This document shows, one piece after another, positions 1 through 13,990 of a DNA stretch of 64,000 bases (positions are counted from its first letter, which is position 1; each line of letters begins with the position of its first letter). Below the pieces are notes generated by a model. That model saw only the letters and a list, made by a program, of their open reading frames with translations. It was not told the DNA's origin and searched no databases. The position numbers and the translations under genes were made by a program. Source of the DNA: the human T2T-CHM13v2.0 reference genome, Homo sapiens; NCBI RefSeq assembly GCF_009914755.1, contig NC_060944.1, one strand, 5' to 3'.

Positions 1-329
1 GCATGCTTGGTCTGTGACCTGGGTTTATGAAGAATGAATAGAAACCTGTGCTCGCCTGCTCCATCCAATTGACTGCAATATGCAAAAGAGGCTTGAATGT
101 AGAGCTTCGAGGAGTTTGGGGTGAAAGAAGGTGGCAGAAGGAAAGTAAAAACGGGTACAGTAATTCCCAGGGCTCTTTGTCAAGTTCCTGACCAAATGCC
201 CGGCAGGGGCTTTCTTCCTCTTCTTCCACTTCTTCCTTCATTCATAAGAGTTTTACCGCCTCGAACAACGTGAAATGTGTAGCTTGGGCTTGTTGAGAAT
301 GGAGTGTGTCTGTTAAGTGTTGCTTCTTG

Positions 330-1010
330 AATGCTGGACCGCCACCTCCATCTTAGTTACGCACGCCCATCTTTTTCAATCTAATGAACTCCAACCATCA
401 GTGCAACTTAAGTTCGGCTGTCTGTTCGTGCATAGTTAATATTAAAAATGTACTAACAGTGTGGCTGAGAAATCAAATTATGCACATAAATATGCTGGCA
501 TAGCACAGGCGGCGGCAGAAGCTGAAGTTAGCAACACTGATGCCAGTTCACATTTGCAAATCTCCCGTCAATCTGTCATTAAACATGTTATCAAATGATG
601 ATAAGTGTATGCTTCTTGCTTGCATTGGTGAGCCGATTCCCGATGTTGATGCACATTAATGGGATAATACGCATTAACATAGTTGTGCTTGGATGAACAC
701 AAAACATTTTTTATCTGTCTCCGTTTGTTTCCCCCTGTGGCCCCGAAGTAAGTGTTTTGTGTTATCAAATTGCCAAAAACACGGGAAAACATATTACTTT
801 TAATTAGCAAATCTTGTTGGGATTTTCCCCCCTACACGCCCGTCCCCCCCACCCCCATTGTGTGATGGCAATAAGAGAGAGAAAGAGAGAGGAGAGAGAA
901 ATAGAGAGAGGAAGAGAGAGAGGAACTCTACTGTCTTCTTTCAGTAAAACGATTAATGTCAGCAACTCAGAAGCTGGCAATTATGTTCTGTCTTAATGCA
1001 CTGGCCTTTC
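330..1010. promoter_or_regulatory. Candidate conserved non-coding element / developmental enhancer
   Basis: No recognisable interspersed repeat; retained CpGs; many TAAT/ATTA cores; CTGTCA (MEIS-type) at 573-578 next to TCAATC. Function is inferred only. Confidence 0.45.
874..924. repeat. GA-rich polypurine simple repeat
   Basis: Imperfect (GA)n tract read directly. Confidence 0.9.
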
Positions 1011-1556
1011 ATCTGGGGCCCTTACTCTTGACAGGCCTGATCGTTTCAGTTCAGTGATATGAAAGGCAGCAGAGGAAATGATCGTAGACATCCCGGGTCT
1101 GTCACGAGGGCCGGCGCTGCAATTCGGATCCAGCTCCACGTTCTGAAGCTGTTCAGCAGAGTCAGAAGCACAGGAGACAGATGGTGGCCCCAGGCATTGC
1201 CCAGACTTTGGGTGTCACTGTGCTGAGTGGGGAAGTTGTAGCTACCACCATTTCCCAAACTTAAGAACTGGGAAAATGTGCAAGCCCCCACAAAGTGAGA
1301 AACACGGTATTAAAAAGTTAAATGTCCTTTTGCGTTGATCACAGAGCACCAGCTCAACGCAAGGATAAACGTGAATGCGGGCAGTGATTTCATACAGCAG
1401 TGTTTGGATAGGAGTCTCTTCTCCTGAGGATCCAGGAGAGGATTGGATTCATTTTTCACCAAAATGAAAATAAAATTTAGATATTCTTGATTGAAAATTC
1501 AGAACTTTATGAAATTTTTTTGCAGATGTTGGGTCAGTACAATATCTGAGAAATGG

Positions 1557-1960
<404 letters not shown>

Positions 1961-1984
1961 TCAGGACATCTTTGAGATTGGATT

Positions 1985-2090
1985 GATTCATTCATTCAAC
2001 ACAGATGGATTGAATATCTACTATATGCCAGAATTACTGTAGCATCAGGGAGTAGGACAGAAATGATTCCTACCCTCATGAAGCTTTGGG
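1985..2090 (-). mobile_element. L2 3'-end relic
   Basis: TTCATTCATTCAAC...CTACTATATGCCAG...CCCTCATGAAGCTT matches the reverse of the L2 3' end. Confidence 0.7.
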
Positions 2091-2735
2091 TATTTGGGGA
2101 AGGGAAAACAGAGGTTTTTTTTTAAATTGCTACATAATAATCAATTTATTTTTATTATGAAAAGTGAAGGTAGAGGTATATGGAGTGCAGTTGTTGTAGC
2201 ATTTACTTCTCGAGCTCAGTGGAAAATGTTTTCTGCCATTAATAATGCCAAAAGGTTATGTGTTTGGCCTTCCTGGATTCTTGTTTACATGTGTTTTAAA
2301 ATTAACATTGACTTCTTGCCATTTGTGTTTGTTCCTAAGCGGAGTGAGCGGCTTATTAATGATTAGAATTATTGTTGCTATTATGAATGCACTAATTAAA
2401 AGAAAATTCTGTCATGAGGCTTTGTGAGGCAACACAAGACTTTACAGTTAGAGACGTCAGGTCTGGAAGTGTGGAGACAAAAGTGTGAAATAAGAAAACA
2501 GAGTTCAGGATGAGGAAAAGAGTTCTCAAGATGTCTACAGTCCTTCATTAGAGATTCTTTTTCAGGGCATTTTCCCTAGTAAGGGTATGATGAAAATCCA
2601 GTTGTTTTTTGATTGGAGGTGTCACCTTTATTGTTTTTCTTTTTTTTTGGTCTTAGGGCAGAAATAGCCGGCTTCTCTCCAACTTGAATTCTAAGAACAT
2701 TTTATCTTCTACAGCTTTATTCAAATATGTAAAAA

Positions 2736-3014
2736 CAGGCACAGTGGCTCACACCTGTAATCCCAGCACTTTGGGTGACTAAAGTAGGAACATCAACGGC
2801 TTGAGCCCAGGAGTTTGAGACCAGCCTGAACAACACAGTGAGGTCCTTTCTCTACAAAAATAATTTATTTTTACTTAGTCAGGTAGGGTAGTGTGCACCT
2901 GTAGTCCCAGCTACTTGGGAGGATCACTTAATCCCAGGAGTTCAAGGCTGCAGTGAGCTATGATTGTACCAATATACTTCAGCATGGGTAACAGAGCAAG
3001 ACCCTGTCTCAAAA

Positions 3015-3015
<1 letters not shown>
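2736..3015 (+). mobile_element. AluJ
   Basis: J-type motifs GCTTGAGCCCAGGAGTTT and GCTGCAGTGAGCTATGAT. Confidence 0.92.

Positions 3016-3016
<1 letters not shown>

Positions 3017-3052
<36 letters not shown>
3017..3052. repeat. (AC)18 microsatellite at Alu tail
   Basis: Perfect AC run read directly. Confidence 0.97.
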
Positions 3053-3054
<2 letters not shown>

Positions 3055-4244
3055 AACACTTCTGAATTGATGACCAGATGCCAGACCAAGGATGCCAGAC
3101 CAGGACACAGTTCCTCCCCGAGGTTCATCATCTAGGGGACAAGGAAGTGAAGCGAATGCACAATCGTAGTGCCTGGACACATTGCTGTGATGGGAAAGAT
3201 ACAGGTGCACAAAAGAGGGGCACCCAGTCTTGTCCTTCGTAGTAGGAACAAATTATTTCTTTATATTGTGAATAAGTATTTATTTAACATACTCAATATA
3301 CTGAACTTTTTCAAGGAGACAAAAATAGACATAATAATGATACGAGCTTATATTTATTGAAAAATTACATGGCACTTCTCTAATTGTTCATTTGAATTGT
3401 CTGTTCTCTAATTGTCTGTTCTCTTGCTGGTCTTTCCCACTCTACCTTGAGCCTCACCAGGGCAGACACTGTGTTTATCAGAACTCATCTCCAGGGTCTG
3501 GTCCACAAGGGGTGGGCATTTTCATGTGCATTGACTTACTTTTCAGGAGTTACAGTTTAGATGTTGGAGGTTAAAAGGTGATTGCAATACAAGTGCAGTA
3601 TAAGTAACATGTGTACCCTAAGATCTGTCATGGGTTCAGAGGAATGAAACTGAACCCACCGCATCCCACAGAGTGAGCAGCTGTTACTTATCTGTTGAGT
3701 ATCCCCAGAAGAGGAAGTGTTGCTTGACTGTCTAAGAGGTTAGTAAACTTGCATGGAGACTGAGATTGGAAAAAGCTTGGGAAATAATTAGTTACAGTGA
3801 GTGCCAGGGTAGTGGTATTTTGGATTTCTTGTCCTTCTAAAATTGTTTTTCTGTGGTTAATATCACCTTGAAAACAAACAAAAATCATGGTAGATGAAAG
3901 TAGAAGTCATTTTTTAGGAGTTAATATTTTTCTTATTCAACCTGAATTTCTTGAGTTTTTAAAACTTTTAATGACTCAGCTTTTTTTCCCCTCCAAGAGT
4001 ATTTCAAAATGGAAAATTTTATATTCTATAAAAATATTTTTCAAATCTCTTCCTGACATTTATTGGAGAAGATTAAAGTCTTTAATCCTCAAGCTAATTT
4101 CTATGTGGTCCTCATAAAATTCCACTATAATTCCATTATCGGGAGGCTGGCCATAGAGGAAACTTGAGTCTTCAACCTAATGTAAAAATCTGCCTTTAGA
4201 CAGATGTGTAGATTTTTCTTAATGTCAAAAACTAGTTACCGGTA

Positions 4245-4552
<308 letters not shown>

Positions 4553-4697
4553 CTAGCTACTGTTCAATAAGTTTTAGGTTTATATTGACATTAAAATTTG
4601 TTAATAGAAGTCTAGTTTTCTCACATCTGTGTTTTTTTGCCAAAGTCTTGGAGAATGAATAGTCTTGGCATCCCATCAACAGTGATTGGGAGGACCG

Positions 4698-5880
4698 CTC
4701 ATTTATTCATTCAACATATTTTTAGGTGCCTACCATTGCCAGACACTGTAGTAGGTTCTGGAAGCTTAGGACTGAACAGAGACAATATTTCTGCTCTCAA
4801 GGAGTTGTCATTCTAGTGGGAAAGACAGATCCTACACAAATGAAAATATAATATGCCTGATGCTAATAAGTGCTAAGAAGAGAAAAAGAAGAGCAATAGA
4901 GAGGAAGGCTATTTTATTTATTCATGTTTTAATATTTTATTTTATTTTAATTTAATTCAATGGTTTTGGGGAAACAGGTGGTTTTTGGTAAAACGGATAA
5001 GTCATTTAATGGTGATTTCCAAGATTTCAGTGCACCCATCACCTGAGCAAAGTACATGGTACCCAATGTGTAGTCTTTTATCCCTCACCACCCCCCACCC
5101 TTTGCCCTGAGTCCCCAAAGTCCATTATATCATTCTTATGCCTTTGAGTCCTCATAACTTAGCTCCCACTTAAAAGTGAAAACATACAATATTTGGTTTT
5201 CCATTCCTGAGTTACGTCACTTAGAATAATGGTCTCCAACTCATCCAGATAGCTGCAAATTCCATGATTTCACTCCTTTTTATGGCTGAGTAGTATTCAG
5301 TGGTGTATATATACCACATTTTCTTTATCCACTCTTTGGTTGATGGGCATTTAGACTGGCTCCATATTTTTATAACTGCAAATTGTGCTGCTATAAACAC
5401 GCATGTGCAAGTGTCTTTTACATATAATCACTTCTTTTCCCCTGGGTAGATACCGAATAGTGGGATTGCCTCATTAAATGGTAGTTCTATTTTTAGTTCT
5501 TTAAGGAATCTCCACACTGTTTTCCATAGAAGTTGTGCTAGTTTACATTCCCACCAGCAGTGTTAAAGTGTTCCCTTTCTACCGCATCCACACCAACATC
5601 TATTTTTTTTTATTTTTTAATTATGGCCATACTTGCAGGAATAAGGTGGAATCTCATTGAGGTTTTATGTTGCATTCCCTTAATAATTAGTGATGCTGAG
5701 CATTTTTCCGTATGTTTGTTGGCCATTTGTTTATTTCCTTTTGAGAATTATCTATTCATGTCCTTTGGAGGAAGGCTATTTTAGAGACATGGTTTAGGGA
5801 AAGCTTGTCTGAGAAAGGGATGTCTGAGCTGAGACCTGAATGAATCAAAAAAGGAAGACATGGAAATATCTGGGAAGTTG
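4698..5880 (-). mobile_element. L2 relic split by an L1PB insertion
   Basis: L2-type sequence at 4698-4916 resumes at 5768-5880 (GAGCTGAGACCTGAATGA). Confidence 0.75.
4917..5767 (-). mobile_element. L1PB-type 5'-truncated LINE-1 (3' UTR plus end of ORF2)
   Basis: Matches the L1PB1-like 3' end; perfect 16-bp TSD GAGGAAGGCTATTTTA at 4901-4916 and 5768-5783. Confidence 0.92.
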
Positions 5881-6149
5881 AAATAAATCAGCTTCTAATT
5901 CTGATGGCAATTAGCTAAGTCATAAAAAGAATAAAACCATGATCAAACAATCATTGAAAATTGAAATGATTGAAATTTTGCAATGAGTGCAAAAGACTAT
6001 TAATTATAGCCAGGGGATCAAAAGACAATGAAATCTAAACATTTTCTACATTGCTATTATTTCAATGATAACTTTCATTTCTGTTCCCAGAAATTGCATG
6101 AAGAGTTGTAAATGGCCTGAGAATGAGATTTAGTGGTTTTTAATTCAGA

Positions 6150-6415
6150 GGATTAGTTGTCAATATTTAAAATCAGAGAAATTTACATTAAACTCCATAT
6201 TTTCAGCTTCTCTTGAAAAACTAGAAAAATTGTCAATGGCGTTCCACCTTCCTATGTGGAGTCAGTTGGAGCTAAGGGATATTTTCCCCTTTCAACAGGA
6301 CGTGCTCTCTTCAGGTTACCACAATCCCCACCACCTCCTACTACCCTACCCCAAGCCCCCACCCTCGTTTATATTTTCTGCTTGGCCCCTATATGCACTG
6401 CAATTTGTGATCACA
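6150..6415. mobile_element. MER102/Charlie4-derived hAT element
   Basis: CAGCTTCTCTTGAAAAA...CCACAATCCCCACCAC...TGGCCCCTATATGCA resembles MER102. Confidence 0.6.
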
Positions 6416-6789
6416 ACTTCAAAGGTTTATAGGGTTAATACTTCACTGTTCATTTTGGTGGATTCATGATCATCCAAACCTTAGCTTACATCTATCACTA
6501 ATTTAAAAAGTACTCTAAATCAAAAACTAAGTAATTTTTTTTAATTGAGCAAACATTTATACAATGTCTACTATATGAAAGGCAAACTACTAGAAAAAAA
6601 AGGATTAGAGTTAAAAGACACAGGTTCTCATCTCCAGGAGTTCACTGTTTATTGGGGAATAAAAGTATCATTCTAACAATGTCCCCCATATTTTTAAACA
6701 CTTTTAATATAGTCAAAGCACTCTGAGATCTGTTACTTCGTTTGGTCTATCCAGAATTCTAGGTAAGAGGAAACACAACTATTATTGGT

Positions 6790-6925
6790 TTCATTATGGG
6801 TATTACGTGCAAAGACAGGTATAGAGAGGTAAATGTATTTGTCCAAAGTGACAAGGCTGCCAGTATTAAGGCCAAGGCTAGACCTGTAGTCAGTGTCCAC
6901 TCTCAAAAGTTCTATTTTACCAACT
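6790..6925 (-). mobile_element. MIR relic
   Basis: AGAGAGGTAAATGTATTTGTCCAAAGTGAC resembles the reverse MIR core. Confidence 0.6.
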
Positions 6926-6950
6926 ATAATCTCCAAAGTGCTACCTATGT

Positions 6951-7154
6951 CAAGGGTTGGCAAATCCAGCCTACCACCTGTTTCTGTAAATAAAGTTTTT
7001 TTGGAAACAGCCTTGCCATTTGTTTACATATTGTCTATGGCTGCTTTTGTGCTATAATGTCATATTTGAGGGGTTGCAATGGAGACTGTTATGATCTACA
7101 GAATCTGAAATATTTACTACCTAGTCCTTTACAGGAAAAATTTGCCGACCCATG
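6951..7154. mobile_element. MER58A (hAT-Charlie MITE)
   Basis: TIR-like ends CAAGGGTTGGCAAA / TTTGCCGACCCATG; internal GTAAATAAAGTTTT; near-TSD ACCTATGT/GCCTATGC. Confidence 0.85.
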
Positions 7155-7314
7155 GCCTATGCAGTAGCTGCTTAGTGAGGGTAGATGTGAGCGTAGGGGA
7201 GAAAGCCATATTCCCATGTCTCCTCAAGAACATGAAAACTGAAGGAAAGGTCACCAATTCACGGTGAGGGGTGCTAGTCAGTTCCAAATACCCTGGTCAA
7301 AAATATCAAGAGCA

Positions 7315-7617
<303 letters not shown>

Positions 7618-7629
7618 TCAAGAGCAAAA

Positions 7630-8040
7630 TTGTGGGTTCAGTTAGGATTCTCAATTACACATCACAGAATCTACACCAGCTAACAGAAAAAAAGTTTCAT
7701 CAAATGTTATTATATAGTTCATGGGACCACCCAGAGATCCAGAGAATCAGATTTGAAGGCTACACAGTCAAGAGTTTTGCCAGGACTGTGCTGGTGGGAC
7801 CACTCTTGCACTGGCTGTGCTGGACGTTTGACTTTCCTATTAGGAGTTCTGAAACAGCTCCCTCTGCAGGGCAGATGGCTTTCACCCAGGTCATGATAAA
7901 ATCCGCCTGGCACCTGCCTCCTCACAGCACACTCTTCTGAATCAAAGCCCTACGTTGGTACATTTGGTACATCAAGGCAAACCTTAATTTCTGCCTTGAG
8001 GAATGTCCTTCCTTCCAGTCAAGTTATTGGGATACTGACA
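7630..8040 (-). mobile_element. Old MaLR (MLT1-type) LTR relic
   Basis: TCAGTTAGGATTCTC...CACAGAATCTACACCAGCTA start resembles reverse MLT1K/L; highly diverged. Confidence 0.45.
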
Positions 8041-8553
8041 CCATGGTACAGATGATATTAGTAATTTCTGAAGGGAAAAAATATAGATATCACAGAAAGA
8101 TAGTCAGGATAGCATTTAAAAAAAAAAAAAAAGAACAGATAGGGAATTTCGTTAAGGGGAATTCCAAAATTGCCCATGGGAAAAGGACATCTTTGGTTAT
8201 GGAACATTTAGTGTCTGGCCTATGATGGGGAAGGTCTCACATATAATAATCTTAATAATAATGACTAATTATTGAGGCTTCGGTCCATTCATCTAGGAGG
8301 AGAGCATGATTCTGTCCACATGTTTTCTATACCAAAACTGCTGCATGGTGAACTGGTAATCCTGACCCTTACAGGGGTGGAGAGTTAATCTGAGACCATC
8401 TGTGCCTTAAACTTCCACACTGGAAATGAGAGGATTTTTGACCGCTTGTCTGGAACATTTCTGAATCCAGTAGCAAAGCAATCCTAGTAGCCTCTCTAGC
8501 CTTCCAAGAACTCTTTCTGAAGTTCATTAGAATTTCACCCTCCTGGCCAGTAA

Positions 8554-8783
<230 letters not shown>

Positions 8784-8859
8784 ATAAACCACCTTCTGGC
8801 TACAATTTCCTTTTCCATGCTGCATGTGTACTAACAGTAACTGCATTACCCAGAATAGA

Positions 8860-9040
8860 AGCTAACAATCTGTTGAGAGTTTGCTCACTGTCAGGCTCCA
8901 GAGCAATGGCTCCTTTAATCCCCCTCAATGGCCCTGTTATCATTTTCCAATTCAGACAGTCAGAGAGTTGAAGTAACTTGACTAAGGTCACAGATCCAGT
9001 GAGTAGCAAGGCTCAGATAAAAGTCACATGCATCTAACAC
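8860..9040 (-). mobile_element. MIR
   Basis: CAGAGAGTTGAAGTAACTTGACTAAGGTCACAG core. Confidence 0.75.
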
Positions 9041-9293
9041 TACATGATTCTTATATGTCCCCTCAGGAATATGGAATAATCAGAGAAGACTCAATCTCAT
9101 CATTGGTCCATTCACAGTCAATAGTTTAATTAGATGGGTAGGGAGTTTTGATGATATAAGGGTCGCCATTGAAAACAAGAGCAAGAATTTGAAACCCACC
9201 ACCATTAGCACAAAGGCCACGCTCTTAAGCACAGATTGTATGAGTTATCTTTTAAAATCTCCGTGGCATTTCTATACTTTTTAGTATAAATTA

Positions 9294-9630
<337 letters not shown>

Positions 9631-9783
9631 TCAGGCCCCCTCACTCTTCAGGCAACAGAAGGCTGACCAGTCTTGGATGTTGTCCAGAGGGCATGGACAC
9701 TTTGAGAAGGGGGAAGGCAAACAACAGTGTGGCACCAGACAGACTGGTTATGGATGCTGCTCTGTCAATTACCAGGCATGTAC

Positions 9784-10268
9784 CCAGTGCTGTGCTGGTA
9801 AATTTTAACAACTGGCTCTCAAAAAAAAAAAAAAAAAAAAGAAAAGAAACAGGTCCTGGCCAGGCATGGTGGCTCACACCTGTAATCCCAGCACTTTGGG
9901 AAGCCAAGGCTGGCAGATCACGAGGTCAGGAGATGGAGACCATCCTGGACAACATGGTGAAACCCCATCTCTACTAAAAATACAAAAATTAGCTGGGCGC
10001 AGTGGTGCATGTCTGTAATCCCAGCTACTCGGGAGGCTGAGGCAGGAGAATTGCTTGAAAAAGGGAGTCGGAGGTTGCAATGGGCCGAGAGATCATGCCA
10101 CTGCACTCCAGCCTGGCGACAGAGCGAGACTCCATCTCAAAAAAAATAGGTAAATAAAATAAAATAACAGGTCCTGATTTGCCGTGTTGACCAATTTCTG
10201 TGGTGTAAATACTTCCACAGTGGGAAGAGGCGCACACAGGCAGCTGTCATGAGCTCTTGTGAGCTAGG
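9784..10268. mobile_element. MER63-type hAT element interrupted by an Alu
   Basis: CCAGTGCTGTGCTGGTAAATTTTAACAACTGGCTCTC start; resumes CCTGATTTG...GGTGTAAATACT after the Alu. Confidence 0.7.
9858..10165 (+). mobile_element. AluSc-like
   Basis: GATCACGAGGTCAGGAGATGGAGACCATCCT diagnostics; TSD AACAGGTCCT. Confidence 0.95.
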
Positions 10269-11351
10269 AGGGGCTGGATCTTGGGCTGGATCTTGGCAGG
10301 TCGCTTAATCGCTCTAGCCTCCAGAGACTGAGCAAAAGGCAGGTACCTCCCTCAAAGGTTGTTAGGCAGATTAATAACAAAGCATGGTAAAGCAGTTAGT
10401 GCCGAACCTAGCACTGTGGTAGACGTTTGCTAAATGGCTTGATTTACTAGTTGAGATTCCATTAGGTAAAGTCCTAATGTCTTATGCCTCAAATGTTTTA
10501 ATCTTAAAAATAGTCATAAAATACTTTCCCCACCTCTTGCTCAGGATAATTGGAATGATTGAGTGAGATCATCTGCATCAACTGCTTTGGAAGTCCACAA
10601 GCTTATAAAAAAAAAAGAGAGAGAGAGAGACAGAGAGTATTTTATTAAAGTCAAGTCAAACCCAGAGAATAAATTTTTGCTGGGCAAAAATTATACAACT
10701 GAGTCATAAGTTTTTAGTTCTTCTGTCATCATTTTTTCCTGAGCTTTCAGGTTCTCCTCAGCTCCTGATACTTAAATAATTCCCATTTAAAAAGCATTTA
10801 ATTGAGAGGAGCCTGGAAACTCACCAGCTCAGAGAAAAATTCAGTCCATCAAGAGGTTCTGAGAGTCTTTGGGTTTAAGTCTTTCTGATCTTTTACTCCT
10901 CAATCCTCTAATCCTTTTTGTGAGGAATCTTTCACAATCCTTGTTTTTAGTTCTTATTTCTCAAGTTTCCCTTTGAAAAGCAGGATTCCCATCACATCTC
11001 AAAGGTGAAGGCAGCATAAAGCCTGCTTCCAACAACACTACTGCGGTTACATAAAGACACGAGTCATTTCTGCTGCTGGAGGCTCCAGTGGAGTGTTCCC
11101 TTGGATTTGCTCATTTCTTTGCTTGGTCCTCCCTGTGATCTTAGAGGATTGCAGTATTTATGAACATCATCTTGTTACTTTCCATTTAGTACATTTCTGC
11201 CTAGTCATTGGTTTTTAATTTTGTCCTCGTACCCTCCATTTACAAACAGAAATGTTTAACTAATGCTTCAACAACCCAGGTTCATGGATTGACACTAATT
11301 GCTCACCATACTCATTTCCATTTGCAGGCAAAGCCAGACCTCCTGGTTGCA

Positions 11352-11633
11352 GGATAGCACAGTTATAAAAAATTTGCGTTCTGTGGTCCAAAACCCTCCT
11401 GTTCAAATCTTGGCCTTGCAGCTTTCTAGATGTGAATTCTGGGCAAATTACTTAAACTCTCTGTATGTCCGTTTTTCCTATAAAAACATGGATAATAATA
11501 AGACCTATCTCAAGGGGTAGTAAAGAAAGTTAAATGAGTTTATGTATACGTGTGTGTGTGTGTGTGCACGTGTATGACTTAAATAGCTCCTGATAATCAC
11601 TAAAAACAAAGAAATGTTAGCTATTATCATCAT
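11352..11633 (+). mobile_element. MIR, near full length, with internal (GT)n
   Basis: GGGCAAATTACTTAAACTCTCTG core; AAATGTTAGCTATTAT end. Confidence 0.8.
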
Positions 11634-11637
11634 AAAG

Positions 11638-12120
11638 CGGTGTTTCCCTAATTGTATTCACATGATATTTGTACTTTTTGCCATATCTGCAAACCCCTGT
11701 GCTTTTATTTACTTATGATAAATACTTGTATTAAAGAGGAAACTTTAATCACTAGACTAAATGGAAACCAGTATAACTTAACAAAAAAAGGAGCAAATGA
11801 CAAAAGATACATAAAGTGACCACAAAACAATGTTTTCATATCTGGCCAGATCCTGATGCTTGCCTAAGTCTTGGAGCTGAGCTCTGGTTTCTCTTTGTTG
11901 GGACAAGAGGTTAAAAAGTGTTAGTGGGATGTTAAAACCTTGAACTTGAATTTGAACTTGACACTTTGAGATTTTCTTTTTTGGAGCATAGAAGAAAATT
12001 TAAAACAGCCATCTTTCACTTTATAGTTCTGTGTTTTTTGTTTTTTGCTTGTATTGCTGCCTCTATGGACCTCCTAAAAGTTTCTCTCATATATCTAATG
12101 TTCTGCACCTCATGCTTTAG
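11638..12120. mobile_element. MER113 (hAT-Charlie)
   Basis: TTTTTGCCATATCTGC, GGAAACTTTAATCAC and AATGGAAACCAGTAT landmarks. Confidence 0.7.
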
Positions 12121-13382
12121 CTAAGGTGAAGTTGAAGGATTCATTACTATCCAGGTCTGTAATGACTGCAAAAAAAAAAAAAAAAAAAATCCAGGCAGTT
12201 TGATGCATATTATTCTTGAAGACTGTTTCTCCTCTCAGCCTTAGTTCTGTTATCTATCCGTCCCATCTCCAAAATTTTTTTTAATGGTGTGCTTCCTTCA
12301 TAAATTTTTCAGATCTAGGTCTGCGTTTTTGTCTCCTCTGAAGTCCAGAAATTGATGTCTCATTGAGGAATTTGCAATTTGCTCTGGGCTTCACAATGCT
12401 GAGCTGCCCACTTCCTGACTTAAGGAAAAGACCAGATGTCAGTGTTTATTAGTGTGATCATGCAGTTTAGTTGCTGTAAGGTTTTATTCTTAAAAGATTG
12501 CAATCTATCCTATTGCATGATCACCCAACATTCAATATGCTGGCAATTTCCAATATGTAACCTCCTTCAAATTAGGCTCAGTGTTATCTCTCTCATCCAT
12601 CAGTACAGCAAGATGGGTGAAAAGTGCTGTCGAAAACAGCTGGTCAGCTGGGCTAGCATTTCCAGGGTTGTTTCATCTCAAGCCCTTTCACTCCCACACA
12701 CTTTATCTTTTTCTTAAAACACAGTCTCTGGACTATCTTTGTCCTTTATCATAACTTGAGTTTGTTCTGTTCTTCCTTGGTCTGAGGTCAAAGCCATCTT
12801 CCTAGAAACTTCTTTATATTTTTGGTCCAAGGCTAAGGTTAGGGTGATACAAACCCAGAAATACATCTCTTATCTTTTCCCTGTTCAAGGCAGTTGACAG
12901 TTTTGCATAGTCACTCATATTTTTCATGCAAGCTTTGGAAATTTTCCCCAAGCAAAGAGACTGAGATGAAACCAAGTTTTAGAATTTCTGCAGGTCTAGG
13001 GACGCCATCACAAAATGGACTTTGGAGTCTGCTTATGCTGCAGATGGAATGAATGAAGTAGAAAGGGAAATGATCTGCCCAAAGTGAATCCAGGATCTTT
13101 GATTTCCAATCCATTTACCCCAGACAACTTCAAGGTAGAGAAAGTCACATGATATTTACATCCCCTCACAGTACCCTGTCCCATGACCCCTGGTGATCTG
13201 GCCATGCTGGCAAGTCATATCACCTTATTCCAAGTTATTATAGTCTTGTAATCTCTAACTGCAAAGGATTTTAGTATACCTTAAGAAATAGCAATGGGAA
13301 CCAGGTCAGGAAATAAGCTCAGTGTCAATGATAAAGGCTGAAATGCAGGGGAAATTGATCCAATGAGAGAAATCTCAGAATC

Positions 13383-13689
13383 TTTTTTTTTTTTTTTTTT
13401 TTGAGACCAGTTCCGGCTTTGTTACTCAGGCTTGAGTGCAGTGATGCAATCAGGCTCACTGCAGCCTTGACCTCCCAGGATCAGGCGATCCTCCTGCCTC
13501 AGCCTCCAGAGTAGCTGGGACCACAGGTGTGCACCACCACGCCCAGCTAATGCTTTAATTAGCGTGCCGTCTTACCCAAGGTAGTCTTGAACACTTGGGC
13601 TCAAGCTATCCTCCTGCCTTGGTTTCTGCGATTATAGGCATGAGCCTATAAAATGCTGCGATTATAGGCATGAGCCACTGCACCTGGCC
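13383..13689 (-). mobile_element. AluJ with internal 21-bp duplication
   Basis: J-type motifs; CTGCGATTATAGGCATGAGCC at 13626-13646 and 13656-13676. Confidence 0.92.
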
Positions 13690-13756
13690 ATAGAGACTTG
13701 ATATGACTTATAACCTATCAACCAGTGTATTATCTTGGGCAACCTGGGGGTAGGAC

Positions 13757-13990
13757 ACAGTTAGTAGCAGGAACTCTGCAGTCTCACTAACTTGGTTTGA
13801 ATCTGGGCTCCATCATTTATTAACTCTATGACCTTAAGCAAGACTTAACTTGTCCAAGCCCCACTTTCCTTGTGTATACAATGGAGAAAGTAATAGTAAC
13901 ACTTCTAAGGCTGCTTGAGGATTAAATGTTATAATTAGGCCCATGCCTGACACACTGAAACACTAGATAAATATTGCCTGTAATTATCAT
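13757..13990 (+). mobile_element. MIR
   Basis: TGACCTTAAGCAAGACTTAAC core; GAGGATTAAATG. Confidence 0.8.

Noticed and set aside
5300-5767. Functional L1 ORF2
   Set aside because: Only a degenerate C-terminal remnant in a 5'-truncated L1PB.
6740-6770. Recursive splice site at TAG|GTAAGA (6762/6763)
   Set aside because: There is a competing AG a few nt upstream and a poor pyrimidine tract.
12170-12189. Orphan poly(A) as the tail of a processed pseudogene
   Set aside because: No upstream AATAAA, TSD or mRNA-like sequence; treated as a mononucleotide run.
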